Assembly: GCA_951406725.2 (NCBI GenBank)
Contig: OX597829.1
Span: 51,212,001-51,276,000 of the forward strand
Length of the DNA stretch: 64,000 nt
DNA from: Octopus vulgaris
Lineage: Eukaryota
Direction of reading: 5' to 3'
The notes below the pieces were generated by a model, which worked only from the letters and a program-made list of their open reading frames with translations, did no database searches and was not told where the DNA came from. The translations under genes were made by a program, and so were the position numbers. Position 1 is the stretch's first letter. The number at the start of each line of letters is the position of its first letter. Positions 51,881 through 64,000 of the stretch are shown here, piece by piece.

Positions 51881-52337
51881 TACATTACTTTACATGAAGT
51901 ATTATGATCTTATGTTCACTTTCAAGTCTTTCTCTGATTATCTCCCTTGTAAGCACGCTTATAGTTTCTATGTAAGTTACGGTGGCATTGCTGTTTCCAA
52001 AGTTTTATTTTCGCTTCTCTATTATTTTACTCACGTCTCTATCTTAGTAGAAACTGATGGATAAAGAAATCAAACTACATAAGCAAACAGCAGCAAAACC
52101 GTTCAGAAATTAAATAACATTGAGATATTCTCTTTTACTCTTTTACTTGTTTCAGTCATTTGACTGTGGCCATGCTGGAGCACCACTTTTAGTTGACCAA
52201 ATCGACCCCAGGACTTATTCTTTGTAAGCCTAGTACTTATTCTATTGGTCTCTCTTGCTGAACTACTAAGTTACAGGGATGTAAACCCACCAGCATCAGT
52301 TGTCAAGCGATGTTGGGGTGACAGACACAGAAACATA

Positions 52338-55192
52338 ACATCCGTTCTCCATGCTAGCATGGGTTGGACAGTTCGACCGGGGATCTGGGAAGCCAGGAGG
52401 CTGCACCAGGCTCCAGTCTAATCTGGCAGTGTTTCTACAGCTGGATGCCCTTCCTAACCCCAACCACTCCGTGAGTGTAGTGGGTGCTTTTTATGTGCCA
52501 TCGGTACAGGTTCCAGGCGAGGCTGGCAACAGCCACGATCGGATTGGTGCTTTTTACATGCCACCGGCATGGAAGCCAGTCAAGGCAGCACTGGCATCGG
52601 CCAAGTTCGGATGGTGCTTTTTACGTGCCACCGGCCCAGGGATTACAACTACAGTTTCCATTGATTTTTGATGTTGGTGTACTTGACTCAGTAGATCTCC
52701 ACAAGCACAGGGTCGAAACGGTGTTTCTTTACTTGCCACCTGCACAGGAGTCCAGCGGCACTGGCAACTGCCAGGTGCACGTCATAGGATTGGTTCAATT
52801 TCGATTCCGGTTTCACTTGCCCCAACAGATCTTCACAAGCAGAGTTTAGTGTCCAATGAAGGGAGGTTGGCATGGGTGCCAGTCGTCATTGGAGGTTTGA
52901 TTTCAACTTCACTTCGCATGTCCAAGAAAGGAAAGGCATGCATAAGTGGGCTGGCGACATCCCTGGCAAGGGACACAGGATGGACTCACTTGTCCTGCCA
53001 GGTCTTCTCACGCACAGCATATTTCCAAAGGTCTCGGTCACTAGTCATTGCCTCGGTGAGGCCTAAAGTTCGAAGATCATGCTTCACTACCTCGTCCCAG
53101 GTTTTCCTGGGTCTACCTCTTCGATGGGTTCCCTCAACCGTTAGGGATTGGCACTTTTTCACACACCTATCTTCATCCATTCTCGCCACATGACCATACC
53201 AGCGCAATCATCTCTCTTGCACACCACAGCTGATGCTTCTTAGGTCCAACTTTTCTCTCAAGGTACCTACACTCTGTCGAGTATGTACACTGACATTACA
53301 CATCCATTGGATCATACTGGCCTAATTTCTCGTGAACTTACGCATGCCCTCAGCAGTCACGGCCCATGTTTCACTGCCATGTAGCATGGCTGTTCGTACA
53401 CATGCATCATACAGTCTGCCTTTTACTCTGAGCGAGGGACCTTTAGTCACCAGCAGAGGTAAGAGCTCCCTGAACTTTGCCCAGGCTATTCTTACTCTAG
53501 CAGTTACACTTTCAGCACACCCACCCCTGCTACTGACTTGGTCACCTAGATAATGGAAGCTATCAAATACTTCTAGTTTTTCCCCCTGGAAAGTGATGGA
53601 AGTTGTTTTCTGCAGATTTTCAGTGTTTATTGCTCCTGAGCATCTGCCACATACAAAAACTATCTTCCTAGTTAGCCTTCCTTTGACATTGCTGCACCTT
53701 TTATGTGTCCATAGCTTACACTGGGTACATCTTATCAAGTTTCTACCTACGCCTTGTCTACAGATCGAGCAGGGCTATCTACCTGAAGGCGCTTGTGGTT
53801 TGTCTACCTTCCTACTTATTAGGACTTTTGTTTTAGCTAGGTTGACTCTAAGGCCCTTCGATTCTAATCCTTGCTTCCACACCTGAAACTTTTCCAGTTC
53901 TGATAGTGACTCAGCAATTAGAACAAGGTCATCAGCATAGAGGAGCTCCCAAGGGCATCTTGTCTTGAATTCCTCCATAATTGCCTGGAGGACTATGATA
54001 AATAGGAGAGGGCTAAGGACTGAACCCTGGTGGACCCCAACCTCTACCTTGAATTCTTTGGTAAACACGTTGCCAACCCTTACCTTACTTACAGCGTTCC
54101 TGTACATGGCTTGCACATCATCTATCCCTAGTTTCCTCATTGACCACCAGATAAGGGATTGGGAGACCCTGTCGAAGGCTTTCTCCATGTCAACGAAAGC
54201 CAGGTACAGGGGCTTATCTTTGGCTAGGTATTTCTCCTGCAGCTGTCTCACCAGAAATATGGCATCAGTGGTGCTTTTCCCTGGCACGAAACCAAACTGC
54301 ATCTCATCCAAGCTGACTCTCCCTGATCAGTTGGGCTATGACCCTCTCCATAACCTTCATTACCCGATCCAACAGCTTGATACCTCTGTAATTATTTGTA
54401 TCTAGGGCGTCACCTTTACCTTTGTAGCAGTTAACTATTATGCTGCTACACCAGTCATTGGGTATGACTCCTTCGTGTATCACCTGGTTAACTCTACGGG
54501 TGACTAGGCTATAGCTGACACTACCAGATATTTTTAGCATCTCTGCAGTAATTCCTGATGGGCCTGGGGCTTTCCCTGTCTTCATGCTTCTAATTGCCTT
54601 AACTACCAGAGAACTATCAACTCGGATAGCTGGTCCCTCTGTTGGGTCAACATTCGGCAGACTCTCTTTATCCCATTCATTTTCTTTATTCAGCAACCTT
54701 TCATAGTGGCATCTCCAAACCTCTTGCTTTGCATCCTCATTTAGCGCAAGTGAACCATCATCCATGCGAACACATTTCTCTCCTACCACATCACGATTCT
54801 CTCTCACACACTGTCTTGCAACACGAAATACCTCAAGTCTTTGGTCCTCACGGTGCAGAACATTGGCAAATTTTTTCTTATCTGCTTCCCCTCTGGCTAA
54901 ATAAACCTGTCTCCTAGCTTCCCTTCTGGCAGTCTGATACAGTTCCCTGCTTCCACCGTTCTACCAGTCCTTCCAAGCCTGTTTCTTTTGTCTAATAGCC
55001 CTGTCAACCACCACGTTACCTTGGGTCAAGTGGGGACTTTGCACCAGCCACAGATCTGGTCAGTGGCTCTCAGCAGGTTGTCCCTTAGAAACGTCCAGCT
55101 GTCTTCCACATTATGTGGTTTCTATATCCCCTTTTATTTCATCAAAGGCTTCGAGTAATACGTTTCTAAATCTCTGCCCATTTGCAGGATCT
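52338..55192 (-). mobile_element. 5'-truncated RTE-clade LINE (RT pseudogene with PHD-type finger, plus 3' UTR)
   Basis: Broken ORFs give KAPGPSGI, YKGKGD..NYRGIKLL, QFGFVPGKSTTDAIF, AFVDMEKAFDRV, GVHQGSVLSPLLF, LLYADDL, LHGSETW and RWYGHVARM..RGRPRKTW. Stops and frameshifts are present. 52338-52712 may be a second, nested 3' end. Confidence 0.93.
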
Positions 55193-55440
55193 TATATATA
55201 TATATATATATATTCACAAGCAGAAACTGTTATAATTTTGAATATCTGTAATTTAATTTGTTCACTTTAATTTAGTTTATTAAATGAACTTTTTTTTTCA
55301 AGTCATTATTTGAGCTGCTGCTTCTGTTCATTTACATCAAACAAAAAGTTTCAATGTTTGAAGAATGCAGAGATGTGTAACAATTAAAGCTATTAAAGGG
55401 GTGCTTATCGTTTCATTTTGATTTTGATTCTTGGAGAATA

Positions 55441-55520
<80 letters not shown>

Positions 55521-56489
55521 CTATCTCTATCTCTCTATGCTACTGGTACATAATTTATCAACCCAGAGCATAAGACAGATGAAATACCCTTTTCTTTACC
55601 ATCCACAAGCGGATTAAGTCGATTATATCGACCCCAGTGCATAACTGGTACTTTATTTATCAACCCTGAAAGGATGAAAGGCAAAGTCGACCTCGGCAGA
55701 ATTTGAACTCAGAACGTAACAGCCAACGAAATACGGCTGCGCATTTCGCCCGGCATGCTAAAGTGTCTGTCAGCTCGCCGCCTTAAACAGCAGTTGATAT
55801 TAAATAAATATTAGGGTCAGTTTAATGTGACCAAGTAAAGCCATTGAAGGCAGTGTACAAGCATTCCTACAGTCCAGTGACTGAAGGGGATAAGAAAGTA
55901 AACATTCAAATTCTTCATGGTTTTCATGAGGAGGAAAGTGATGCACCTATAAAACTGATATCAGTCTCTTGTAGACTAACCTTGGTGAAGTTAGTTTTCA
56001 GCAATTGATACAACTTGGCACTGGTGCTGTTACAGATGAACTCAAAATGTCTGTCCAATGCTCTACCAGTCCACAGCCCTCCACTGGTGCTTTTTAAAAA
56101 AATTTTTTTTTTCTTTATCCTACCCTTGGGCAGAGCCCATTACAGCACAGGGAGGTGCTGTCTAAAGTATCTGTGTGTATGTGTAGTAGCAACATGACTG
56201 TCATGGCTGTGAGAGCACTATACTATTTGTAAGCTTCACCTGACATATGTGGAGGGTCAATAATTAATGGGAACTGAAGTATCTTGGGGCCCTGAAAAGA
56301 AACACCAGTTGTTCTGTATGTGCTTTTTGCTAAGAGGGATCCCCAGTAGTAGTAGTGAGGCCCAATATATATTTTTTTTTTAATGTATAGAATTTGTATG
56401 TTCTTACTGTTGAAAGGGAACAAGACTGGCGTATCTCCATCAGAGGATGCTTTCCAGTTCTTTGTTTTTATAATAATAATAATAATAAA

Positions 56490-56935
56490 ATTATTGTATA
56501 CAGTGCTCAGGTGCATCACAACTTGTCAGAAAGTGCGTATAAAGTATATACAGTAATGTACAAATGTCTGAGAAGTGTGTATGAGTCAGATACATGCTTG
56601 TGTGTGTATGGAGGGGAGAAAATCAGGTGTAGTGTTGGCGAATCTCAGGAAGCATGGAAGTTTTGAAGGATGCAGTGCTCCGACAACTCACAACTGATGC
56701 CGGCAGTTTGTTCCATGCTTCAGCTACTCTCAGCGTGAAAAAATGTTTCCTGAAGTCATGGGAGCTGTGCTGTTTTCTGACTTTGTAAATATGTCCACGG
56801 GTGTTAGACGGGTGGAGTTTGAAGAGGTGCTCAGAGTTATTGTTTGTACGATGGTTGATAATTTTATGGGTGTCTGCCAAGTCAGCTGCCAGGGTGACCA
56901 GACACTCAGTATGATCCTGGAATTGTTTGCCAAGT
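56490..56935 (-). mobile_element. CR1-clade LINE 3' fragment
   Basis: ORF 56623-56880 reads TRGHIYKVRK..RKHFFTLRVAEAWNKLPASVV..FK, the canonical CR1 C-terminal motif. Confidence 0.85.
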
Positions 56936-57995
56936 TTTGAATGTCTGTGTCTGTGTGGTAAGAAGTTTGCTTCCCAAACCCTAAAATCCCTACCCTGGTG
57001 TGGCCACAGTTCAGTGATTGAAACAAGTAAAAGATGTATTATATATAATTATTCAGATACATATTCAGTATGTGAAGGTACAGTGATTAGAGCGTCAGAC
57101 AGTGAGTTCAATTCCCAGAACGGGCTGTGTGTTGTGTTCTTGAGCAGGATATTTCATTTCACATCGCTTCAGTTCACTCGGCTGTAGAAATTAACTGTAA
57201 CATCAGTGGCATGGAGAAAGGAGGCTAGTATGCATGGACGACTGTTGGTCTTATATAACCAACCTTGCTGGACTTGTATGTCAGAGGGGAACTTTCTAGA
57301 TGCAGTCCCACGGTCATTCATGATTGGAGGAGGGTAGTTACCCTTCACCTTTTTACATATTCAGCTACATAAGGCAGTGAGCTGGCAGAACCATTGGCGC
57401 GTCATACAAAATGCTTAGCAGTATTTTATTCATCTTTACGTCCAGACCTCAAATTCCACAAAGGTTGACTTTGCCTTTCATCCTTTGGGGGAAGGGGGCT
57501 ATAAAATAACAGCTAGTTGAGTACTGGGGTTGATGTAATCAACTATCCCCCTCCCCTCAAAAACTGCTGACACTGCCAAAATTTGAAACCATTATTATTC
57601 AATTACATATATCTTTGAGTTGAGAAGGGAAACTGGGAAAACAAGCTTGTTGTAAGTTAATAAAATAAGTTTATTAAGTAGAGAGAGAGAGAGAGAGACC
57701 TTTCAAAAGCCTGAGGTCCATAAGAAAATTCATTTGAGTAAAATGGAGTTCTTGGTAGTGTAAAAATTTGGGAATTATTGTTAGATGGTAAAGCTTTGGC
57801 AATACAAGCATCGTAATATAACTCAAAACATGAGTGTGTATGCATTTTTAATCGACAGAAGTTACAGAGTAACTAACCAAAAGTTTTGTGTATCAGAACT
57901 CAGAAAACTCTCAGCCCGATTAAAAAATTATTTCAAATTCTGTATGGTATAAATAGGTTTGTAATAAAAACTGGAAAATAGAACTTGAATTATGA

Positions 57996-58036
<41 letters not shown>

Positions 58037-59083
58037 GTATATATATTTACTCATTATTAATTGGAATTGATAAGTTCCAATGCACAAAATTCTCAGTCCT
58101 TCAGTAATTATTCTGTAAACTGCCGCTTATTGAAAAAAAAAAAAACATGCTGTGTGATACAATTATTTGTGTGTCATTCTGACCCATAAAATCAAATTCG
58201 TTTAATGCCGGAGAAAATACTTTGCAGTATTTATACTCAGTCAAAAATCCTGTTGAGATCAACTTTGCCTTTTGTCTCCCTAGGGTCAGTAATGGAAAGT
58301 ATGAACCTAAGTATTGGGGTCAATTAAATCAACTGACTCCCTACATCCCCTAAAATTACTGATTTCATCTGTATTTAAACAATTTTTTTTTAAATGGCGT
58401 TTTCAATTTTTTTTTTTTTTTTTTTCTGAAGATGTGTTTAAAATTGTTTTTTCTTCAATATATAAGCTGTTTAGTTCTTTAGCTTTCGGCATTTAACCCT
58501 TTTTGTATGATAGCTTTAGAAACACTATAGGATAATCGTGAAAAATAATAGAAGAGTGTTCTGTTTTTTGGTGCTTATAATCATCCATAGTTTTGGTGCT
58601 TCATTGATAAACCCTTTATGTATTTAATTATGTCATCACCCAGTATTTAGCTTGACAGAACTATTAATTTTATCAATGAGGGTTCTAATGATGAAGAATC
58701 AATAAATGATCATGTAATTATATCAATCTATAGAAGGTTATTTTTGTTTTTTTAAGTGGGGTTTTGCCAGCTAATCAATTTTTTTTTTTTTTTTGTTCTG
58801 ATGTTATTGATTTACCTGGGTTTCAATTTCTATTAACTCTCTCTCTCTTTCTCTGTTTGTCTATCTCTCCCAACCTATCTGTTTATCTATCTATCTGTCT
58901 TTCTTTCTTTTCTGTTTGTGCCAATAAGATTATTAGAAACTGTATAATTTATCTGTGACTGAATGTTCCCTTTTTTTTTTTTTGTCTTAATGCCAAACAA
59001 ATGAAATCACCATCACCACCACCATCATCATCATCATCTATAAAAGCATTGAGCTGGTAGTGTTATTGAAGTATCAGATAAAA

Positions 59084-59521
59084 TGGAGTAAAGATTATTT
59101 GCCAACATAACATGCCAGTCCTGGCTTAGAGTAAATGTTGCTGTAATTTAGCCCCAGGAGACAGCGTCTCCAGCTGGCTATACGACACGATCTGTGTCCT
59201 TATATTTTTGAACAAGGGAATCTAGCACCCCCCACTCAGCTCACAACAATATCTGTGTATCGCGATTTCCAGATTATTTTCCTTCATCAGCACAGAATAA
59301 TTGCTTGGCTAGAGGTTGCGCTGCCAAATTACCATTCGAAATATATAGTATTCAAAGTGACAACTAGTCACTGATTTATAACTTAGGAAAATTATTATTC
59401 GAAATATTAAAAAATATAAAGACCCACATCGTGTCGTTATAGCCAGCTGGAGACGATGTCTGGTGGGGCTTCATCCTAAACCAGGACTGCCATGTTATGT
59501 TGGCAAATAATCTTTACTCCA
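59084..59521. mobile_element. Inverted-repeat element (~115-125-bp arms) enclosing a hammerhead ribozyme
   Basis: 59084-59209 pairs with 59410-59521, with one internal indel. No coding capacity and no clear TSD. Confidence 0.8.
59252..59296 (-). ncRNA. Type I minimal hammerhead ribozyme, canonical core
   Basis: Minus strand UCUGUG-CUGAUGA-AGGAAAAUAAUCUG-GAAA-UCGCGA-UA-CACAGA: perfect 6-bp stem I, palindromic stem III AUCGCGAU, weak stem II, AUA triplet. Confidence 0.82.
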
Positions 59522-59895
59522 AAGTACTGTTGCTGAATATCTCTCGTTGTGAGATTTACAAATCAGATAAAATGGTTTGCATCATTTGGTTCCAATATGG
59601 CGGTGAGCTGACAAAATTGTTAGCACGCCGGACAAAGTGCTTCATGACATTTCTTCTGGTATTAGGTTTTTTAGTTCAAATTCTGCTCTGGTCAACTTTA
59701 AATAAGTACCAGTCAAATACTAGGGGTCAATGTAATCGACTACTTCCTTCCCCCCAGATTTCAAGCTTTGTGCCTAAAGTAGAAAGGTTTATTTAGCTCC
59801 AGCTCTTTGTATTCTGAGTTCAAATCCAACTAAAGTCAACTTGGCTTTTACATCCCTCTGGGGGTACAGGTTGATAAATAAACTCCCCACTAGAT

Positions 59896-60112
59896 TTATT
59901 ATTTCTTTATTGCCCATGAAGGGCTAAACATAGAGAGGATAAACAAAGATAGACAAAGGGATTTAAGTCGATTACGTCGACCCCAGTGCATAACTGGTAC
60001 TTAATTTATTGGCCCCGAAAGGATGAAATGCAAAGCCAACCATGGCGGAATTTGAACTCAGCACGTAACGGCAGACAAGATTCCGCTAAGTAGTTCGCCC
60101 TGCATGCTAACA
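59896..60112 (-). mobile_element. SINE family B
   Basis: Reverse copy matching 48873-49100. Confidence 0.8.
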
Positions 60113-60947
60113 TCTCTCTCTCTCTCTCTTTTTTTTTTTTTTTGTGGCCAAAGCACACCGACCAGTCTAAGATGTGGACAGGGTAGGGGAACTAGATTTC
60201 TGGCCTTGAACCTATGATGTGGTATTCCACCCCCGACAAAATATTTGAAGCCATATTGTTCTGAATTCAAATGTTTATAGCTTCGGCTTAGCTCATAATT
60301 CCTCTTAAGTCTGTGATATTATTAGGGATTGATGCAATTTTCTTATTAGCACTGCATATATCTTCTATCTTTATCTTTTACTTGTTGCAGTCATTTGGCT
60401 GCAGGCCATGCTGGAACATTGTCTTGAAGGGTTTTTGTGAAACAAATCAACTTCTTTTTTTTTTTTTTTTTCTTAGTCTAGTACTTATTCTGTCAGTTTC
60501 TTTTGCCAGACCATTTAAGTTACAGGGACATAAACACACACACACACACATGGCAGGCTTCTTTCATTTTCCGTCTACCAAATCCACTCAAGGCTTTGGT
60601 TAATCTGAGGTTACAGTAGAAAACATATGCCCAAGGTGTACACAGTGGAATTGAACCTGGAACCATGTGATTGAGAAGCTAGCTTCTTACCACTCAGGCA
60701 CACCTATATATATATATGTGTGTGTGTGTACTATATTTAAATTGAATTGATTTTACTGTTATCAGTTTGAAAATATAGCCACAGAACACGTGTAGTCGTT
60801 TTACAAATTATATACTATTTATTTATTATTTTGTATTTTAATTATTAGTATATGTTTTATCATATATTTAATTTTTTTCTATATGGTATAATTTAATTAT
60901 ATCATTTTTCTTTCATTGTTGAATTGCTACATGGTGGTTATTCTCTA

Positions 60948-61003
<56 letters not shown>

Positions 61004-61160
61004 CAGGCTTCTTTCAGTTTTCATCTCAGAAGACTTTAGTAGGCCCAAGGCTATAGTAGAAGACACTTGTCTAAGGTGTCAAGATAATAGTAAATGAAAT
61101 TGTACCTTAATTTTGATTAATTTTTATATATATTTTTCTGTCTCCTTTTTATTTTAACAG

Positions 61161-61404
61161 GTGGGAATCGCGTTCCTGCTGAATCTGCATCTCTCCGTGG
61201 TGCTGGAGCTACTACCGCAGCTAGGGGTAAGATTCGGATGCCCAAAGGGCAAACCGTTATATCTCGCCAAGCTGTTCAGTGTCAAGTTTGTGCCAAAACC
61301 CTCAACAACCCCAGTGCCTTGGCAAAACACAAGCTCACCCACAGTGATGAAAGGAAATATGTCTGCCATATATGTTCAAAAGCTTTTAAAAGACAAGATC
61401 ATTT
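61161..61404 (+). CDS. ZNF541: Coding exon of a ZNF541/TRERF1-family C2H2 zinc-finger protein (first finger and half of the second)
   Basis: Pyrimidine tract plus CAG| acceptor and TT|GTAAGT donor. The phase-1 reading is GGNRVPAESASLRGAGATTAARGKIRMPKGQTVISRQAVQCQVCAKTLNNPSALAKHKLTHSDERKYVCHICSKAFKRQDHL. The L.KH.LTHS.ERK..C..CSKAFKRQDHL signature matches ZNF541 and its invertebrate homologues as recalled. The symbol is family-level only. Confidence 0.9.
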
Positions 61405-61829
61405 GTAAGTATTTTCCATCCCCAGCTGTTTATTTTATTGTGGTTGTTTGTTTCTTTTGGGGGTTTGGTTGGGGTTTGGTAATGACTCACATCATTATCA
61501 TCATTATTTAACATTCCTTTTTTCCATATCGAGGGACATAGATAGGATATAAGAACGGAGTGGTAGTAAGTGTGTGAAAAAGGTGTAACGGATGATTAGA
61601 GATGGGGATTGAGGCAGAGGCAGTGAAGAAAATAGGAGTGAGTCAGGGAGGAGGAGGAGGTGGTGGTAGTGGTAAGGGACAGTAATAGGGATACCAGTGT
61701 TATGCATTGGCAATAAAGGTTGTCATTAATGGTCCTTGAATGAGAGTAGTAACACAGTCAGGGATGGCTGTTGTGGGGTAAGGCTTACAGGGTCTTGTTT
61801 TTGCACAGACAGATGGGGTTTTTTTCATA

Positions 61830-62229
61830 CTCTTTACTCTTTACTCTTTTACTTGTTTTAGTCATTTGACCGCAGCCATGCTGGAGCACCGCCTTTAATT
61901 GAGCAAATCGACCCCGGGACTTATTCTTTTGTAAGCCCAGTACTTATTCTATCGGTCTCTTTTGCTGAACCGCTAAGTAACGGGGACATAAACGCACCAG
62001 CATCGGTTGTCAAGCAATGCTAGGGGGACAAACACAGACACGCATATATATATATATATATACAACAGGCTTCTTTCAGTTTCCGTCTACCAAATCCACT
62101 CACAAGGCATTGGTCGGCCCGAGGCTATAGCAGAAGACACTTGCCCAAGGTGCCACGCAGTGGGACTGAACCCGGAACCATGTGGTTGGTAGACAAGCTA
62201 CTTACCACACAGTCTCACTCCTGCGCCTA
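61830..62229 (-). mobile_element. tRNA-derived SINE family A
   Basis: Full-length reverse copy. Confidence 0.9.
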
Positions 62230-64000
62230 TAACTTTTATTGTATAACTTTTATTAACGCATGTATCGTTGATGTAGAAAAACACATGGCATCAGGTAGCC
62301 ACCATAAATTCTGGTTCTTCTTGCTCTCCATGTTGCTACATGTACATGTGTTTGTATTGTATTCCAATAGAGCCATAAATGCAACAGTGCTGTGACTATG
62401 GAACACAGGAACAGCTGCTTACATTTTAACAGTTTGGGGGAAGTGAAAGAGTGGGCCTGGGGGAGATAAGGGTCAGCCGGTCAAGGTGGCCAAGGCAAGG
62501 ACTGGACAAATTGCCAGCACAAGCATAACGCTTGGGCTCTCTCTCTCGCTTAAATGGACAGCAGTGGCCATGAGGCTTTGATATGCAATAGCACTTGGTA
62601 ATAATAAGTAGACACTTTTAACAATTTGGCAAAAACCAGGCAAAACCTGTTCAGTTTTGTTGTTCTCTAGTCCATTATACAAAAAGAGTTTGTAGTTTAA
62701 CTGTTGAGCCTATTTATTAACTAAGGCTAAATTTACGTGCATTAAAAAGTAAGCTTGCACACTTGATTTCCACTTTAATCACATTCACTATTTCAGTTGA
62801 GTTACAGTTTTTTTTTTACCTTTTGAAGAGTTAGCTAAAGGGAAGTAATAAAGTATACTTTCTGTTTTTTAGTGTTGCACATTTTACATACATGTGAATA
62901 TTTTGTTCTTTGGTTAAGTTTTACCTTTTCACTTTCTCACAGATGTGTAATTTATTTTGATTAGATTTTAATCTAACCGAAATATGCAAGAGTTCTCAAT
63001 ATGCAAAATTGTTTTTTAAATATAATTTGATTAGGTTTAAAAATGCATTGTTCTTTCCTGCCGTGTCCTTGCTAATTTCTGCATTCATTTTCCTTATTTA
63101 AAAAAGATAAATACAAAATACTAAATATATGAATCCTATATATAAGGATTGCATTGAAACGAATTCATATTAAAATCCATACATAAAATTTCTTTCAACA
63201 ATTGATATTTCAAATTTCTTTTTTATATATATAGGTCAGCATAACCTATAATTTCTACTACATACAATTCTATTTATATACGGGGGAGCAATTTCATCTA
63301 AGACTGTTTTGAAACAAGAATTATTACAGTATAGAAGACACATGTTGGCCATTCAAAATCTATTAACTGTACTTAAATATTTATTTTTATCTTTGAAGTG
63401 ACAAAAATTTTGACACTGTTTTGCAAGCAATAATTTGATTAAGTGAAGTTAACCATCTTTGTGTGTTTATGAATGGCTGATATATGCCTTCCACACTAAC
63501 CATATCAACATGTTTAACTTTACAACTTAATTTCTGGGGTAGGATGGCCAAAAAGATGCACAGTCAGCCAACAGCTTTATGTATCAAGTAATCCAACTAC
63601 AGCAGCTTATTTTCTTTTAGACAGAATTCTTAATTCTACATTACTTATTTGTAAAATGTTTGCCTCTTAATTTACAACAAAGTGCATATCATCATCAATC
63701 ACAAATTGGGTACCTTCCCTGTATCTGGGGTTCGGTTTGCCACGCCCTTTATTTTTTTATATCATCAGTCTTTAATGGCCTCTTACCTTCACACTTCCTG
63801 CCAGAATGATCTTGGGCAATGAATCTTAACTCGTTGTATTCTCAAAATGTGATTGCTTTGTTGATTTGATTCTCTACAATAGATATTTTCAGACTTTCCG
63901 CTTTTCTAGTACTGCAGCATTTGCTATTCTGCCTTCTTTTCCATTACTCTAATTGTCCAAATTTCTGCCCCATACCAGACAATTAGAACAAATACATGCA

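Noticed and set aside
52986-55192. Potentially active LINE or host RT gene
   Set aside because: 5'-truncated with no endonuclease domain, and it has multiple stops and frameshifts.
61161-61511. Track ORF MGIAFLLNLHL (116 aa) and the minus-strand ORF 61154-61369
   Set aside because: Shadow frames of the zinc-finger exon.

Overview
This is AT-rich, microsatellite-dense animal DNA, most likely from an octopus. That assignment is inferred from recalled tRNA-SINE and RTE-tail families, not from a search. Most of the window appears to be intron of one + strand gene of the ZNF541/TRERF1 C2H2 zinc-finger family. Its diagnostic exon (61161-61404, CQVCAKTLNNPSALAKHKLTHSDERKYVCHICSKAFKRQDHL) is absent from the ORF track. 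A phase-compatible exon lies at 14303-14521 and a possible first coding exon at 8471-8483. The rest is mostly transposon debris: at least four SINE families, decayed RTE, R4/Dong, CRE, CR1 and Tx1 LINE fragments, a Tc1-like element with DD36E spacing, Helitrons and several MITEs. Almost all ORFs in the supplied track are repeat or microsatellite artefacts. The most interesting signal is a set of about nine hammerhead-ribozyme motifs from about six unrelated short element families, sitting in inverted-repeat or (TA)n-flanked elements (Penelope/retrozyme-like). They include an intact canonical type I core (59252-59296, -), a G3-C8 swapped core (24742-24792, -), a recurrent CCGANGA-type core, and two homologous copies in which the three hammerhead strands occur in a non-canonical order, suggesting a pseudoknotted topology (27341-27406 +, 42933-42992 -). 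All structures were read by eye. No activity, folding energy or database match has been tested, and repeat boundaries are approximate.
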